Part shown: piece after piece, positions 48,748-60,700 of the stretch
Layout of the letters: each line of letters starts with the position of its first letter
Numbering within the stretch: the first letter of the stretch is position 1
Assembly (NCBI GenBank): GCA_905178155.1
Contig: CAJINV010000002.1
Coordinates: 4,769,709 to 4,833,708 of the forward strand
DNA: 64,000 nt
Source: Amoebophrya sp. A120
Taxonomy: Eukaryota > Protista > Dinoflagellata
Direction of reading: 5' to 3'
Position numbers and translations under genes: made by a program
Notes under the pieces: generated by a model
The model's input: only the letters and a program-made list of their open reading frames with translations
Told to the model about the DNA's origin: nothing
Database searches by the model: none

Positions 48748-51700
48748 CTAGCAACGCAACAGCGCCATCTCCGTCGAACTATCGGGGTGGCAGCTGCCCC
48801 TCACTCCCTCTTCGCTTTGAATCAAACTCTGGGACAACAAGTGAAGGCGGAACCCCCAGGACGGCGTGACAAGCTGATCATGCTGTGCAATTTCCACCTC
48901 TGATCCGTCGTCGTCGCAGAAAGGATTGTCTTCAGCTGCCTGAAATCCATCATCGACTACTTCTGGATAAAAATTCCGCCCGTAGTCTCTCTTACAGCTT
49001 TTGACAAATTCCACACGGCTTTTTTCTTCCTTTGCCAATTGCGTCCAGAAACGCCATCTCGGGTTGTTTAACGTCATTTCTCGGTTGAGTCTCAACACTC
49101 CTCCATGCGGCAAAGCAGGTGGGTTCAGAATGGCTTTGAGTTTCGCCTCAAACCCTTCCGCGATTTCTCGTGCTTCGATTGCTTCTGCTGTTTCTGCTGC
49201 GTGGTCCACCCCTTCGGTGAGATCGAGTTCTTCGTCGTTTTCACTGTATAATTCCTCGTCGCCAGGACGATTGGAAGTCAATACAGAACCGGTAGCATCT
49301 CGTTGTTGCACTCCTTCTGCACTATCATGAGGAACAGGGGCTCCATAAGCTGCGGGTGCAGGTAAAGCTTGATGCTGTCCTCCAGTTTGCTGCTCGTTCA
49401 ACTCCATCTTCTTCAAGTCCTCTCTTAGCAACAAAACGGGATTCACGTGAATCCCTTTTCCGTATTCCGACCACTTTTTCAGCAACTTCCCGCCCAGTCG
49501 TTCGTTTAGACCCTGGAATTCTTTGAAGTCTGACAGCTCCGCAACGTCCTCTTTGTGCAAGTAAGGCGGCGAGAGTTCCAACGCCAGCTCGATAGAGTGG
49601 TAGAAGGCTTGTTGTTGGTTCTCAAGAATCTGTGACGCTGTCAAGTCGCCCTGAGAAGGTTGTGGGGGCACAGCAGCTTCATCAGCCACGACGTCGACGC
49701 GGCCGGACTGTGTGGCGAAGAATTCTAGGATGTTCCCCCGGGTTGTCATCGCGTGCAAATACATCTGTCTGAATTTAGCAAAATCGAATTTCGCCCGGAC
49801 CAGATTCCGTCCACGTTGCTGCTGCAGGTAGTGCAGAGACGCAGAGGAGGCACTGCCTGCTGTTCCGGCGAGGAAGTGATCTTGGTCATCTACTTCCTTT
49901 TCTTTTACAAACTTTTCCAACGCAGTTCTCGCGACCCAGCCAACCACCCCGTACAGCTGGTCATTGAGCATCTTTGGCTGAGGTGCGAGTAATTCCGCTT
50001 CTTGCTGTGGATGCTGGTAAATCGCTTGGCCTGGCTGAAATTCCGCGGCGGCAGGGTTCAAGGCATGATGGGTCGTCGTCGTTGTTGCTTGCTCGTGCGC
50101 AGCAGTCGCTGCCGGCCAGGCCGCCCACCCGGCAGGCGCAGCTGCATTTTCAAAAGTGGTCCCGCCCTGATAAAAAGCACCATGAGCACTACCGTCGTCT
50201 ATTGTAGCAGTGCCCATTACACCAGTACCAGCTTCGTCGGGCACCACTGCCTCGACCACCCGCACCTTGACAGCATCGGGAAACGGCAGAATATCCGTGT
50301 GTAGCTCCTCTCCGCGCGTCAGGCTGAACACTTGCAGCACCGACCCGAGGCCCAGCATGCCCGCGACAGAAGTCGTCGAGATTCCATCCCCTGGGTGAAT
50401 ATGATCCATTGTGAGAGAAGTGTGATGATCCTGCATACTGCTGCTTGTGACCACGACAAACAGCGGCAGCCCGGTGGATTGATGTCCTACTCCTACGTTG
50501 TTTGCTTCGCCGCTTATAGGAATGCCCTGCTTCACTTGGAATAGTCGAGACGTCGTCAATTCCTCGATGTCATGGTCCTGCATCCTCGTCGTTGGGGGAG
50601 CAGGAGGCGCTCCAGCGGTTCCACTTGTTCCAGTCGTTCTTGCACTACTGCTAGTATACGCGACCTGGACTTTCTGCACGTAATCCGTTTCCGCGACGTA
50701 GGGTGGGTGTTGGTTCCCGACGGTCGTAATCTTCGCCACCGTGCCGATTTCCGCGGTCGCGGTGTTGTAAAATTGATCGGAAAGTTGCAGCGTGTGCTGG
50801 TGGTCTTCCGGCTTGTTGATGGAATCCGGATCGATCAGGAAGAACGGCGCTTGGTTGGCGTCGCGATTTTGCAACGCTGGGTTCTTCTGGATCTTCTCCA
50901 CTTGTTTCACGTCGAAGGTGTAGGGAAGTTGATGCTTGGTAAAAGTACCTTCCGCCGCCGCCTCCCCAAAATTTCCTGCCTCTGGGCCGTCAGATGTTCT
51001 TGTTGTACCACTTCTAAACACCTTGAGTCTCAATTTCAGCCTCATGCCCTCGATGGTGAACAGCTCAAACTGCTTTGCTAACACGCCCAGGAACTCGTAG
51101 AATAGCACGCCGATAACAAACCCGGAATCGACTTTGGGAATTTTTACCGGCGAGAACTCTACTCCCGCCGCAGCGGCCGCTTTTGGCTGTTCTGGCAAAA
51201 CGAGCCTGTGGTCGATTTTCCCGGCTTCCCACAATTTCTCCAGTGTGTACAGGACCAAAAACGCGATAGAAATCGAATTCAGTCCGGTCGTGCTGTCCCC
51301 CAGCACCGCAATGCGCTCCTTGTACCACCTCTTTGCCAAGATGATCGTCTGCTGGACGTTCGGGCGGAGCTTTTTCAGCAATCCCTTCAGTAACACGTCC
51401 CGGTCCGCGACTTTCCGATGTCCTTCGACCGCCTGCTGCAACGGGTTCAATATTTGGGTGGTGCCATCGCCCGGCTTTTGCATCGCGAGCGCGAGTTGCG
51501 GGTACAAGGGGAAGTAAGCTTCTGGCGCTATCAAGGGTGTAGCTGTTGTAGGAGTAGAAGAAGTGCCACTTATTTTACATTTACTGCGCATTCCTATTTT
51601 ATCATGATCGTTACTACTGCTGTTCTCCAAGACCAGCTCGTGTACCGACACGAGGGACATGTCGATCGTGAAGCTCGACGGCGACTGGGATTCGTGCAGG

Positions 51701-54700
51701 AAGCGGAAGGACGTCACGGACTGAAAGGCCTCCTCAAATCTTTCGGATTTTGTCACATCCAAAACGACCCGGTCCCAGTGCTTCATCGCGGTGTAAATTT
51801 TTCGCCAAATGTGCACCAGTGCGCCCCGGTTATCGTTCAGATAGAGGGTGAGATCCAAGTCAAAATGCTTCGCGACCACGGTTTCCTGCGCGACGCTGCC
51901 TTTCGGCAAGAGCAGAAAGTGCTTCTGGTAGGAGGAATACAGCTCCTTGGTGAGTTTTAACTCCTGCCGCTGCACTAGGAGCAGAAATTCCTCGATGTAC
52001 AGAATGTTCAAACTTTTCAGCCACAGGAACAACTCCGCCCACTTCTGGTGGTGTGCGTTTGGATTGTACGGGTTGTGCTGCTGTTGGTCCATCATCCCGT
52101 AGTGCCCCTGCGCCACGCGAATCAGCAGCATGTGTAGGTATTTCATCTTTTCCGGCGGCAAATGATCGAGGACTTTTTTGCTTAATTCCAGACTCGAGGT
52201 GCATTTCTCGGTGCGAATCTTGTTCACGGGAATCATCTCTCCTGATTGGTCTGCAAAATCGTGTGCTTGCGAAGCTAAGTTTATCGTGTCAACACTGAGC
52301 TGCTGCTGCTGTTGCTGCCCAGTGGCGGTGGCTTTGCTCTTTCCCTTTCTTCTCTTACCACCGGTCGGTGTTGTAGTTCCAGAGGCTGCCTCTGCTTGTT
52401 GCATCTGTTGTTGCTTCAACCGCAGATCCGTCGCGGCCGCCAAGTAGTCAATGGGCTGCAAATCCTCGAAAAGCGCAAACGGGGCTGTTGCACTGCTACT
52501 GGGTTGTAACATGCCTTGATGTGGTCCTGGAGAAGTAGATTGCGCGCCAACGGGAAGTAGAACAGACCCCGCGGCCCTCTGGTTTATTTCACTCGGACTT
52601 TGTTGATTCGGCTTTGCATTATTTGCTCCACCTGCTCGAGCCGCACCTCCAAGAACAAACGGGTTGCTGTTCGTTACAGACGACTGCAGGTTCATTTCCT
52701 TCTCGCTTTCTAACAACTGCAGCTGATACTCCATCTGCTTCCTGTACTCCATCGTGTTCCGGAAGTGCAGGCGCGTGTGAGAAAGCTTTACGCGGTCCTC
52801 CTCGGTTTGTAGAAACACCGAGCTGTCCTCGCCAAACATCTCATCGAAAGTGACGAAAAGGAACTGCTCCATCTGCTTTACCACAGTCTTGATTTCCTGG
52901 TGTTGCTTTTCCGACAGGTGATTCTCGTTTAGAAGAGTTGCCAAAAATCGCTCCGGCAGAAGGGTTTTGGACTTGGTTTTCGGCAGTGGATGGGGAGTAG
53001 TTAATATCGGCCTGACTACAGCCGGGGGCTTTGGAGAATGTGCTGGCACTGATGATGAAACAATAGGAACATGATCAGACATCGTCGCCAGAACTACTTG
53101 AGGCTCTCCTGCAAGTTGCTGTTCTGGCCCTGCTTCGTCGGCTCTAACAGAAGACGCACTTTTATCGGGAATGATCGTTTCGATTTTTCCCGTTGTTTTG
53201 TCCGCTGCAGGATCTGAAAGGGAGAGCTGGGCAAGACGTCCTGCTAGAATAGTCTCGGGCGGCTGCTCCGGGAGGACTTCTACTGTTGCATTCGTCTGCG
53301 AGCCAGTAACAGCTTCGTCTGTAGCTTTACTCTTTTTTTTCTTCTGCTTTTTCTTTTTCTCAGTCACCCCCGCTGGAAGGTTCAATTCCACAGGCTGCCT
53401 CTCTTCATTCCCTTCCGGATCAGCCGGCGAACTTTCCGAGCTTTTAGCCGTGCTCTTCCGGCGACCGAAAATTGTTCCGGCCGGCTGTGCTACAGAAGCC
53501 GTGACCGCAGCACCTAGCTCAGGGTACTCCTTCATTTCCGGAATGTAGGGTTCTGCTACAGGAGCTGGCTCATGATAAAAAGCCCCTGCTAAGGTTGCTG
53601 TATCGTTCCGCGGAGCCAAAAATGCAGTGTTTTGTTTTGTCTTTCCCTTCGTCTTTGGCTGCGCAGAAGGAGCAGGATGCTGCGACGTCATCACAGATGA
53701 TTCTTGCAACGAAGCGGCTTGTTGCGCCGGTCGTTGCTGTTTGTCCTTTTTCTTCGATTGCTGAGCCTGTTGAGCAGCTTGTTGGGCTGATTGTTCCTGG
53801 ACATCAGCAGCTTCCCTCGTTGTAATATTAGTCCCAGGCAGCTCGACTGAAATGTTCAAGCTTTTCAATTTGGAGCCCAACTCCTCCACTTTGCCCTGCA
53901 CGCCCCTTTCCAAATCCTTCAGCGGTAGCTTTAGCTCCTGGTGCGCCTTCTCCGCCAACCCCCGTAGCTTCTCCGTGATCCCCTCCTTGCTCTTCACGAT
54001 CTCGCCGAAAAAGTCGTCTAGAATCAGGAACTGCTGCTTCAACTTGCGCAACCGAGTCTGCGCTTCATCCACGATCTGCAGTGTCTTTTTCAAGCGGTCC
54101 AGTGTAATCACTGGAATCTGCTGCAGCAACTGCTGTGTGAGGGCAGCACCTGTTTGCAGCTGCTGAGACGTTGACGCAGGAGTGGCACCAGCACCACCGC
54201 CTGGCTTTTTCTTTTTGCCACTCGTAGTACCTCCCTGTCCACCTGCTGCTGCCGCGGAGTCAACAATAGTACCACCTCCATTTCCATTGCTATTGCCTGC
54301 AGAACAAGAACTTCCGGTCGCTTTATTTCCCGGCTCGCACGACACCAGCTGATCTCCGCCGGCCGCGAAGGACATCTGTCCGAACTGCATGGTCATCATT
54401 TCCACGGAATCCACCGTGGAACACGTGTCGGAACTGTGGTCAAAATCCGATCCACTCCAGCTGCTGTCGTTGTCTCTACTTGAGAGTAATTCCTTGATTT
54501 CGAGCACAATGTTCCGGTCTTTCAGCACGAAGTCGATGTTGTTTTCCATCTCCTCCACCCACTTTTTCGCCAGCTGAACTTTGGTGCGCCAAATGAAGAA
54601 AAACCTGTTGCCCACACTCCCCTCCCCCTCCTGCGTCTTCTTCTCCATGCCCGCGAATATTTGCTCGTGGAGGTCCGCGAGCGGGTCCAGTTGTTGGTCG

Positions 54701-57700
54701 AAGAATTCCAACTTGGCCTTTTCGTGCAGCTGTTTCGTTTCAGCTAGTAGTTTGCTCCTCCCCTCAAACTCCTCCTGCAAGAACTCAAGTTTTATTTTTT
54801 CCGGTGCCGCTTTTGATGTGGTAGTTCGCTTCTTCTGTAATAAATCGAGAAACAGCCGGTCGTGTTTTACGAGTTTTTGCGTTTCTTCCTTGAGATTCTT
54901 CAATAGCTCGAAGTCCTCGATGCGGTCTAAATGCTTGGAGATGATCTTCAGGACAATCTTTTCCAGCAAACGGGACAAATCCCGCCAGGCTTTGCGGTCC
55001 GTCTCCTCCTTCTCCCTTAGCTCAATCGCTTTGCGCTCCTGCGGGGAGAGCTTCGGCTTCTTTTTCTGCTGCGGTTTGATCATGTTCTCCGCCTGTTGGG
55101 CTCCTGCAGCTGCTTCGCCCGCAAGAACGGGGTCGGTACTAGCCGCAGCTGCTGCAGACGACAGCGGCGTCGGAGGTAGAAGTTCCTGCTGGTGGATCAA
55201 ATGCTCTTGTGGGCTGCTCAACGCGGCCAACGTCGTGTAAGACGGTGTACTACTAGTACCGCCTTGCAGCAGCTCCCAAGTGGGGTTTTCGGCCTTCAAA
55301 AGCGGAACATGGTCCTGCAAGACGGTCCAGATGGATGGTGGACCACCCCCACCAGCTTTGGCTTTTGCTTTCGCTTTTCCTCCATTTTCCGCTTTTGCTT
55401 TTGCCTTCGCTTTAGATGCGCCAGCTGCTGCTGTTGTTAACGCATCGACGAAGGTTTTCATCTCTTTCTCCCCCTTCACCTCCCCCGGAATCACCAACTT
55501 CTTCCCCAGTTCGGCGAGCAAGGTCTTCGCGTGCGCGGTGGTGGCTTCGATGTCTTGGAAGGTGGTCTTCCCGCCAGCCTGTTTGTTGTTGCCAGTACGA
55601 AGTAAAGCCTGCAACGCTGCTTCCACGTCGACAATCTTCTTTCGCACATCCTGCCCCGCATCTAAAATTTCGTCGGAAAGGGTCCGCCGCTTGGATTGCT
55701 GCGACTGCTGGTGTCCAACTGAGGGTATGTGCTTTGGTTTCTGCTTCTGGCTTTTACTTCCAGCGCCTGCGGAAGGGTTACTATTTCCGTTGTCTTGCTT
55801 GTCTTGCTTCGAAGCCGCGGCTCCTCCCCCACCCGCGCCGGCTAGTAGCCCCATTTCCGCAAACATCCCCGTTCCGCTCTCGGCAGCAAGCTGGTGCACG
55901 TCTTTCGCGGCTTCGTCGATACGGCGCATGCGGGCGCGGAGCAGCACCAGCCGCTCGACCATTGACTTTCGCACGTACTGAACTTGTGTCAGCAGCGCCG
56001 TCATGGCTCTTTTCGTTTTCTCGTCCTCGATGTCCTCAAGGGATGGGGCGGAGGGCGTGGAAAATGCAGAAGTGCGGGATGGCTGTTTGATATCGGAAAT
56101 GGCAGCCGCGTCTTGTGGTGGAGGAACTACGTCCGCACCAGACGCTCGGCCGGCAGGCGTAACACTGTCAACTTCCATGGCTTGCGGGGGCTCTACTTGC
56201 TGCACAGCCGTTATCTCAGCTGTTCGTACAGTCGCGGTGTGTTGTTCCTGCGCATGATCTACTTCTTTCGACGCAGGAACTACTCCTTCCTCTTCACTGG
56301 TGCTGATTCCCTCTTTTGACCCCACGCGAGAATCGGGAACGTCGGTACTCGAAACCCCACCAGCCGGCACTTCCTCCGAAATACCCACTGGGGCTGCGGC
56401 TGCGGCAGCCACGCATGGTTTTGGCACATTGAACGCTTCCAAATCCAATCCCTGCAAAGCTTTCGCCGCTTCCCCCTCTTCCCCGGAAGAAACGTAATGG
56501 GATCTACTGGACGCAGAATGCAGTTGGGACATCGCGGGACTGATTTCCCCACCACAAGTTTCTCCTGTTGCGTTCATTTTCGGTACGGCCGGAACCACGA
56601 CTGGAGGCACAGTTGGTAGAACTGAAGGTGCGGACGAGGGCGTGGCTCCAGTCTCAATGGGACCAGGTGGAGCAACCGAATTACCAAAGCGGTAGAAATG
56701 ATCCTTTGCTGCCGTTGGAAAAAGATACAGGTCCTTGTCCTGGTGGATAATCGGGCGCACATCTGCCGGAATCCAGTCAGCAACGGAGCTACCAGAAGGA
56801 ATGGACAGATCGTCAAGAGTCGCGAATGTTTGGTGTTGTTGTGCATCTGGATCTACGGCCGCCCCTGACGCAGCGAGCATCGGTGACGTGTCGGGACCAC
56901 TATGATCGGTGGTGGTATTCATCGACAGTAGGGAAGTCGAGGTCGGAATGGTGGTGGACTCCAGACTGGAAGCCGTCATAGCGCGGTCGCGGCTGTCCGG
57001 TCGAAGATGTTCCACTTGCATGGCAGAACCAGAAGCAGAGGCTCCCGCGTGGTCCTCGAGGACATCCATTTTCATTATTGGAGCTGCTGACGCAGTCGAT
57101 GCAGATCCCAAGACACGACCGTCCCCAGTCTGAATCGCGTCCTGCACGTCTTGCACCAATGTGTCACTCATGACGCGAGCGGCCCCCGCGGCATTGGGAT
57201 GTTTAGTGCTCAGTCGCTGTTGAATGCCGATCTTTTCCGCCAAGGATTTCGCCTCGTCGATTTTCGTAATCAAGAAGACGTGGTAGGTTTCCAACCTGCC
57301 AATGTCCACCTGCAGGTCCTCCATCTCCTGGCTGTGTGTTTTGATCACGTTTCGGTACACCGACTGCACCTCCAGTTGCAGTTGCTCCAAGACCGGGACG
57401 ACGGAAAAGCCCATGACGTTGACAAAATCCAGGAGGAACGTGAAGTTTTTCTTCTTGTCCCGCTTCAGAATCAACCGGTTTTCCTCGAAAAAATTTTTCT
57501 GCTGATCGGTGGAAGCTGAAAGCAGGTTGAACTCCTGGAGTAGCTCCTGCTCCTCCTCCTCTGCCTGCTCTTCCTCGGTCTTCTCCGGCTGCACAGCCGC
57601 TTGGTCCTGCTCTAGTACTACCATCTCCGCGTCGCCGTCATCTTCGGCTGCCTCAACCTCTGGCGCGGATGCCCCCTTCGCGGGGGACTTCGTCCCACCG

Positions 57701-60700
57701 GCCACTTGCTGGGCCGCTACGTGCGCCGCAGCTGCAAGTTGTTGTGCAGCGGCTCTTTGTTTCTCCTTTTTCGTCATCCGTTTTTCCCGCAATTCTTCGG
57801 CTTCTTTGATGAGCAAATGGACCTGCTGAGGAACTTGGGACAGGAAAATGTTCAGAGCAAAGGTGTGAATCTTCTCCACATACGCTTTCATTTTCTCAAA
57901 CGGGAATTTCGATTTGAGAATTTCGTAAATTTCCTTCGCCTCACTGTTCGTTGTGTAGTCGCAGAGCGTTTTCTTCAGGTTTTCTGGGCGGAGATTTTGG
58001 AACGGTCTCTTTTGCTGTTCCATCTCCTTATCGACGAGCATGAACAGGCAATAAATCTTCGACTTCCGGAACTTCTTGAAGACAGACTCAACGACCGCGT
58101 CCGTGTTCGGGTCCAGGATGAACTTCTTGAAATTCGCCCGCTCCGTGAAAGAAAAGAACGGCTTTTTCGAGGCGTGGCTCGTTATTTGCTCTGGAGCGAC
58201 CAGGGAACTGGACCAGATCTCGCGCATGTCAGGGAGCTGCTGTTGCTGCTGTTGGCCGCCGTTTTGTTGTTGCTTTGGTGCGCCAGAGGGTGCATGGACA
58301 GCGCCAGCATTGAAAGTGGCTCCGGAAGCGGCTGCCGCCTGTGTGTCCTGATCTAACACTCCCCCCGCACTACCTTGTTGTCCTTTTTTCTTTTTCCCTT
58401 TCCCCTTTGCCTTCGGAACAGATGCAGTACCTACCGGCGCCGCTTGTGGTTCAGCCTCAGCTTGCTGTGCGGCTGTTCCAGCGCCGCTACTCGTTACTTC
58501 CGCCTTCGAAAGAGGCTTGCTGTTCTGTCTCCTTCGGTTCATAAGCATCTGTTTTTCCGAATTACTCCACTTCTCCACTTCCGAATCGAAAAACGCCTTC
58601 GCAACTACCGAAATCTCGTGCTTCGTCAACACAAACTCCTGCTGGGCGACCGATAATTGCATCGCGCGGAACTTCCCCCGCAGCGCGAACCAGGTGTCTT
58701 CCTTTTTCAGCACTCTGGAGTGCTGGAGCAAATACCCGTTGGTCTCCTCCGATTCGTAGTAGGTCAGCAAGTGCTTCTTTAACAATTTTAGCTGCAGGAT
58801 CAAGTGCAACTGCATGCCGAACTTGGTTTGCTCGTTCTGCACCTGCTGCTGCACTTGGAAAACCTCGCGCATCGAACTCCGCAAGCCCTCCGCGGTGGTG
58901 GCTAACAGTGGCAAAAGCTCCTCCATCCAGTAGTGCTGCTGCCGGTCGATCAGCAACGCGTGCTTTTTCAGCCGTTTTCGCAGCTTCTTGGTGGTCGCGA
59001 TCTTTCGCTGGTCCAGCATATCGGCTCTTTGCATAAAGCTCTCAACTTTTTGCCTATAAGCACCGTTCGTGGCGTCATCATCTTTTCCAGCAGCTTGATG
59101 TCCTGTATCGTAAATCGCTTCATCAAAATCATCATCGTCTTCAGTTTCTCCATCACTCTCGCGTCCCCCATCAGGACCACCACCTCCGTGTTTCGCCTTC
59201 CAATGATTGTACTGGGCTTGGTCGTGCATGTACGTGTCAAACGATCCCGCTTGCTTGATGATCTGCATCGTTCTGGCCTTCTGTTTCTCCAGCACTTCTT
59301 TCGCTTTTTCAGAGAGTGTCTCCGTTTCCACGACCGATTTGACCGCTTTCTCCATGTCACTATCCGCCCGTTCCAAAACCCGCAACTGCTGCAGCGTGTG
59401 CGACGCCTGTCGGTCCCACAAGGCGAAAAAGGACTGGACGCGGGCCTTGAAAAATTGCAGGTAATCCACCCCAACCGCTTCCTCCGCAATCATCGGCAAA
59501 ACGTCCCAGAGCTCCGCGGAGAGTTCCTTGAATCTCAGCAAAGCATCCAATTCCGAAGTGAATGTCCTCCGGATCGGCGAGGTGACAATGATCAACTTCG
59601 TCTTCAGCGCGAAGTTCTGCTGCGCTTCCGTCTGTTCTTTCGCGATATTGTAGGCCAGCCGCGCTTTCTGCATCAACCTCCGCGCCGATTGGAGTTGCTC
59701 GTGCTCTTCGTGGGACAGGTTGTCGATATCGTATGCGATAACGTCCTTCCCGTCGTCGCTGACTTTCTCGGTGGACTTGTCCTTTTGCTGGAAGGACAAG
59801 AGGAAGTTCTTCTCAAACGGATCCACGATCACGTTGGGCAGATTTCTATTCTCCAAGACGAAGACCCCCTCCTCCTGGAATGCCTTTTGGTCGTTGTATT
59901 TTTTGTAGGAGCCGAAGACTTCTTTCTTGTTGGTTTCATCTCCACCTCCGGGTGAAGTAGGTGTTGAACTAGGAAGTAACGTCGCTCCTGCACGACCTTC
60001 GGCGAATTCATCTACTGTGTCTTCTTCTTCCACGACCTCATCAACTTTCGCCAGCACGATTGGCGGCTGGCCGGACTCCCCGGGGGTGTGGTATTTTTGA
60101 ACCAGAAACCGCTTGTGCACATCGTAGTCTCCGGCGGTGACGATGGCCTCGACGTCGTGGGGATCCATGCCGTAGTTCAATAGAGCCGCCCGTTGCTCCG
60201 TGCGACTGTATCTGATGTCGCCGGAAATTTTTGTCGACCTCGTTGAAGATAACATCTCCTGCTCAATGATATCGGCGTATTTATGCTCAGTGGAATACTG
60301 CATTTGCTGCTCCGTCACTGGTATCCAAGAGAAAAACTACTGCGTTGGCGTATAGTATTGGCGTATAGTATTTCTTGGACTGCCACCATCACAAGCACAA
60401 CTGTGCTGCTCGTCCGCAGAAGCTGCATGCAAAAACCTATCAAGGTGGTTCAACATAACACGTGCATGGTGTTTTATTGCCAGGCGTCACTTCTCAACAG
60501 GCTGGCACCAACATAATTTTTTCTTGGATACCCGGCGCCGCCCACTTGTGCAAATTCCCCTTTTCCCAAACTCGGTTGCCGTGCTCATCTATCTGTACCA
60601 CGCTTCCGTTCCGGTCTTCCTCGGGCTTTAGCCAGTGCGCGTCCACCTTCTTGGAACCTGGTGCCCCTGGTTTTCCGCCATCAAGGTCTTCTTTATCACC

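Noticed and set aside
49001-59955. Many plus-strand ORFs up to 340 aa
   Set aside because: Antisense shadows of the giant minus-strand CDS
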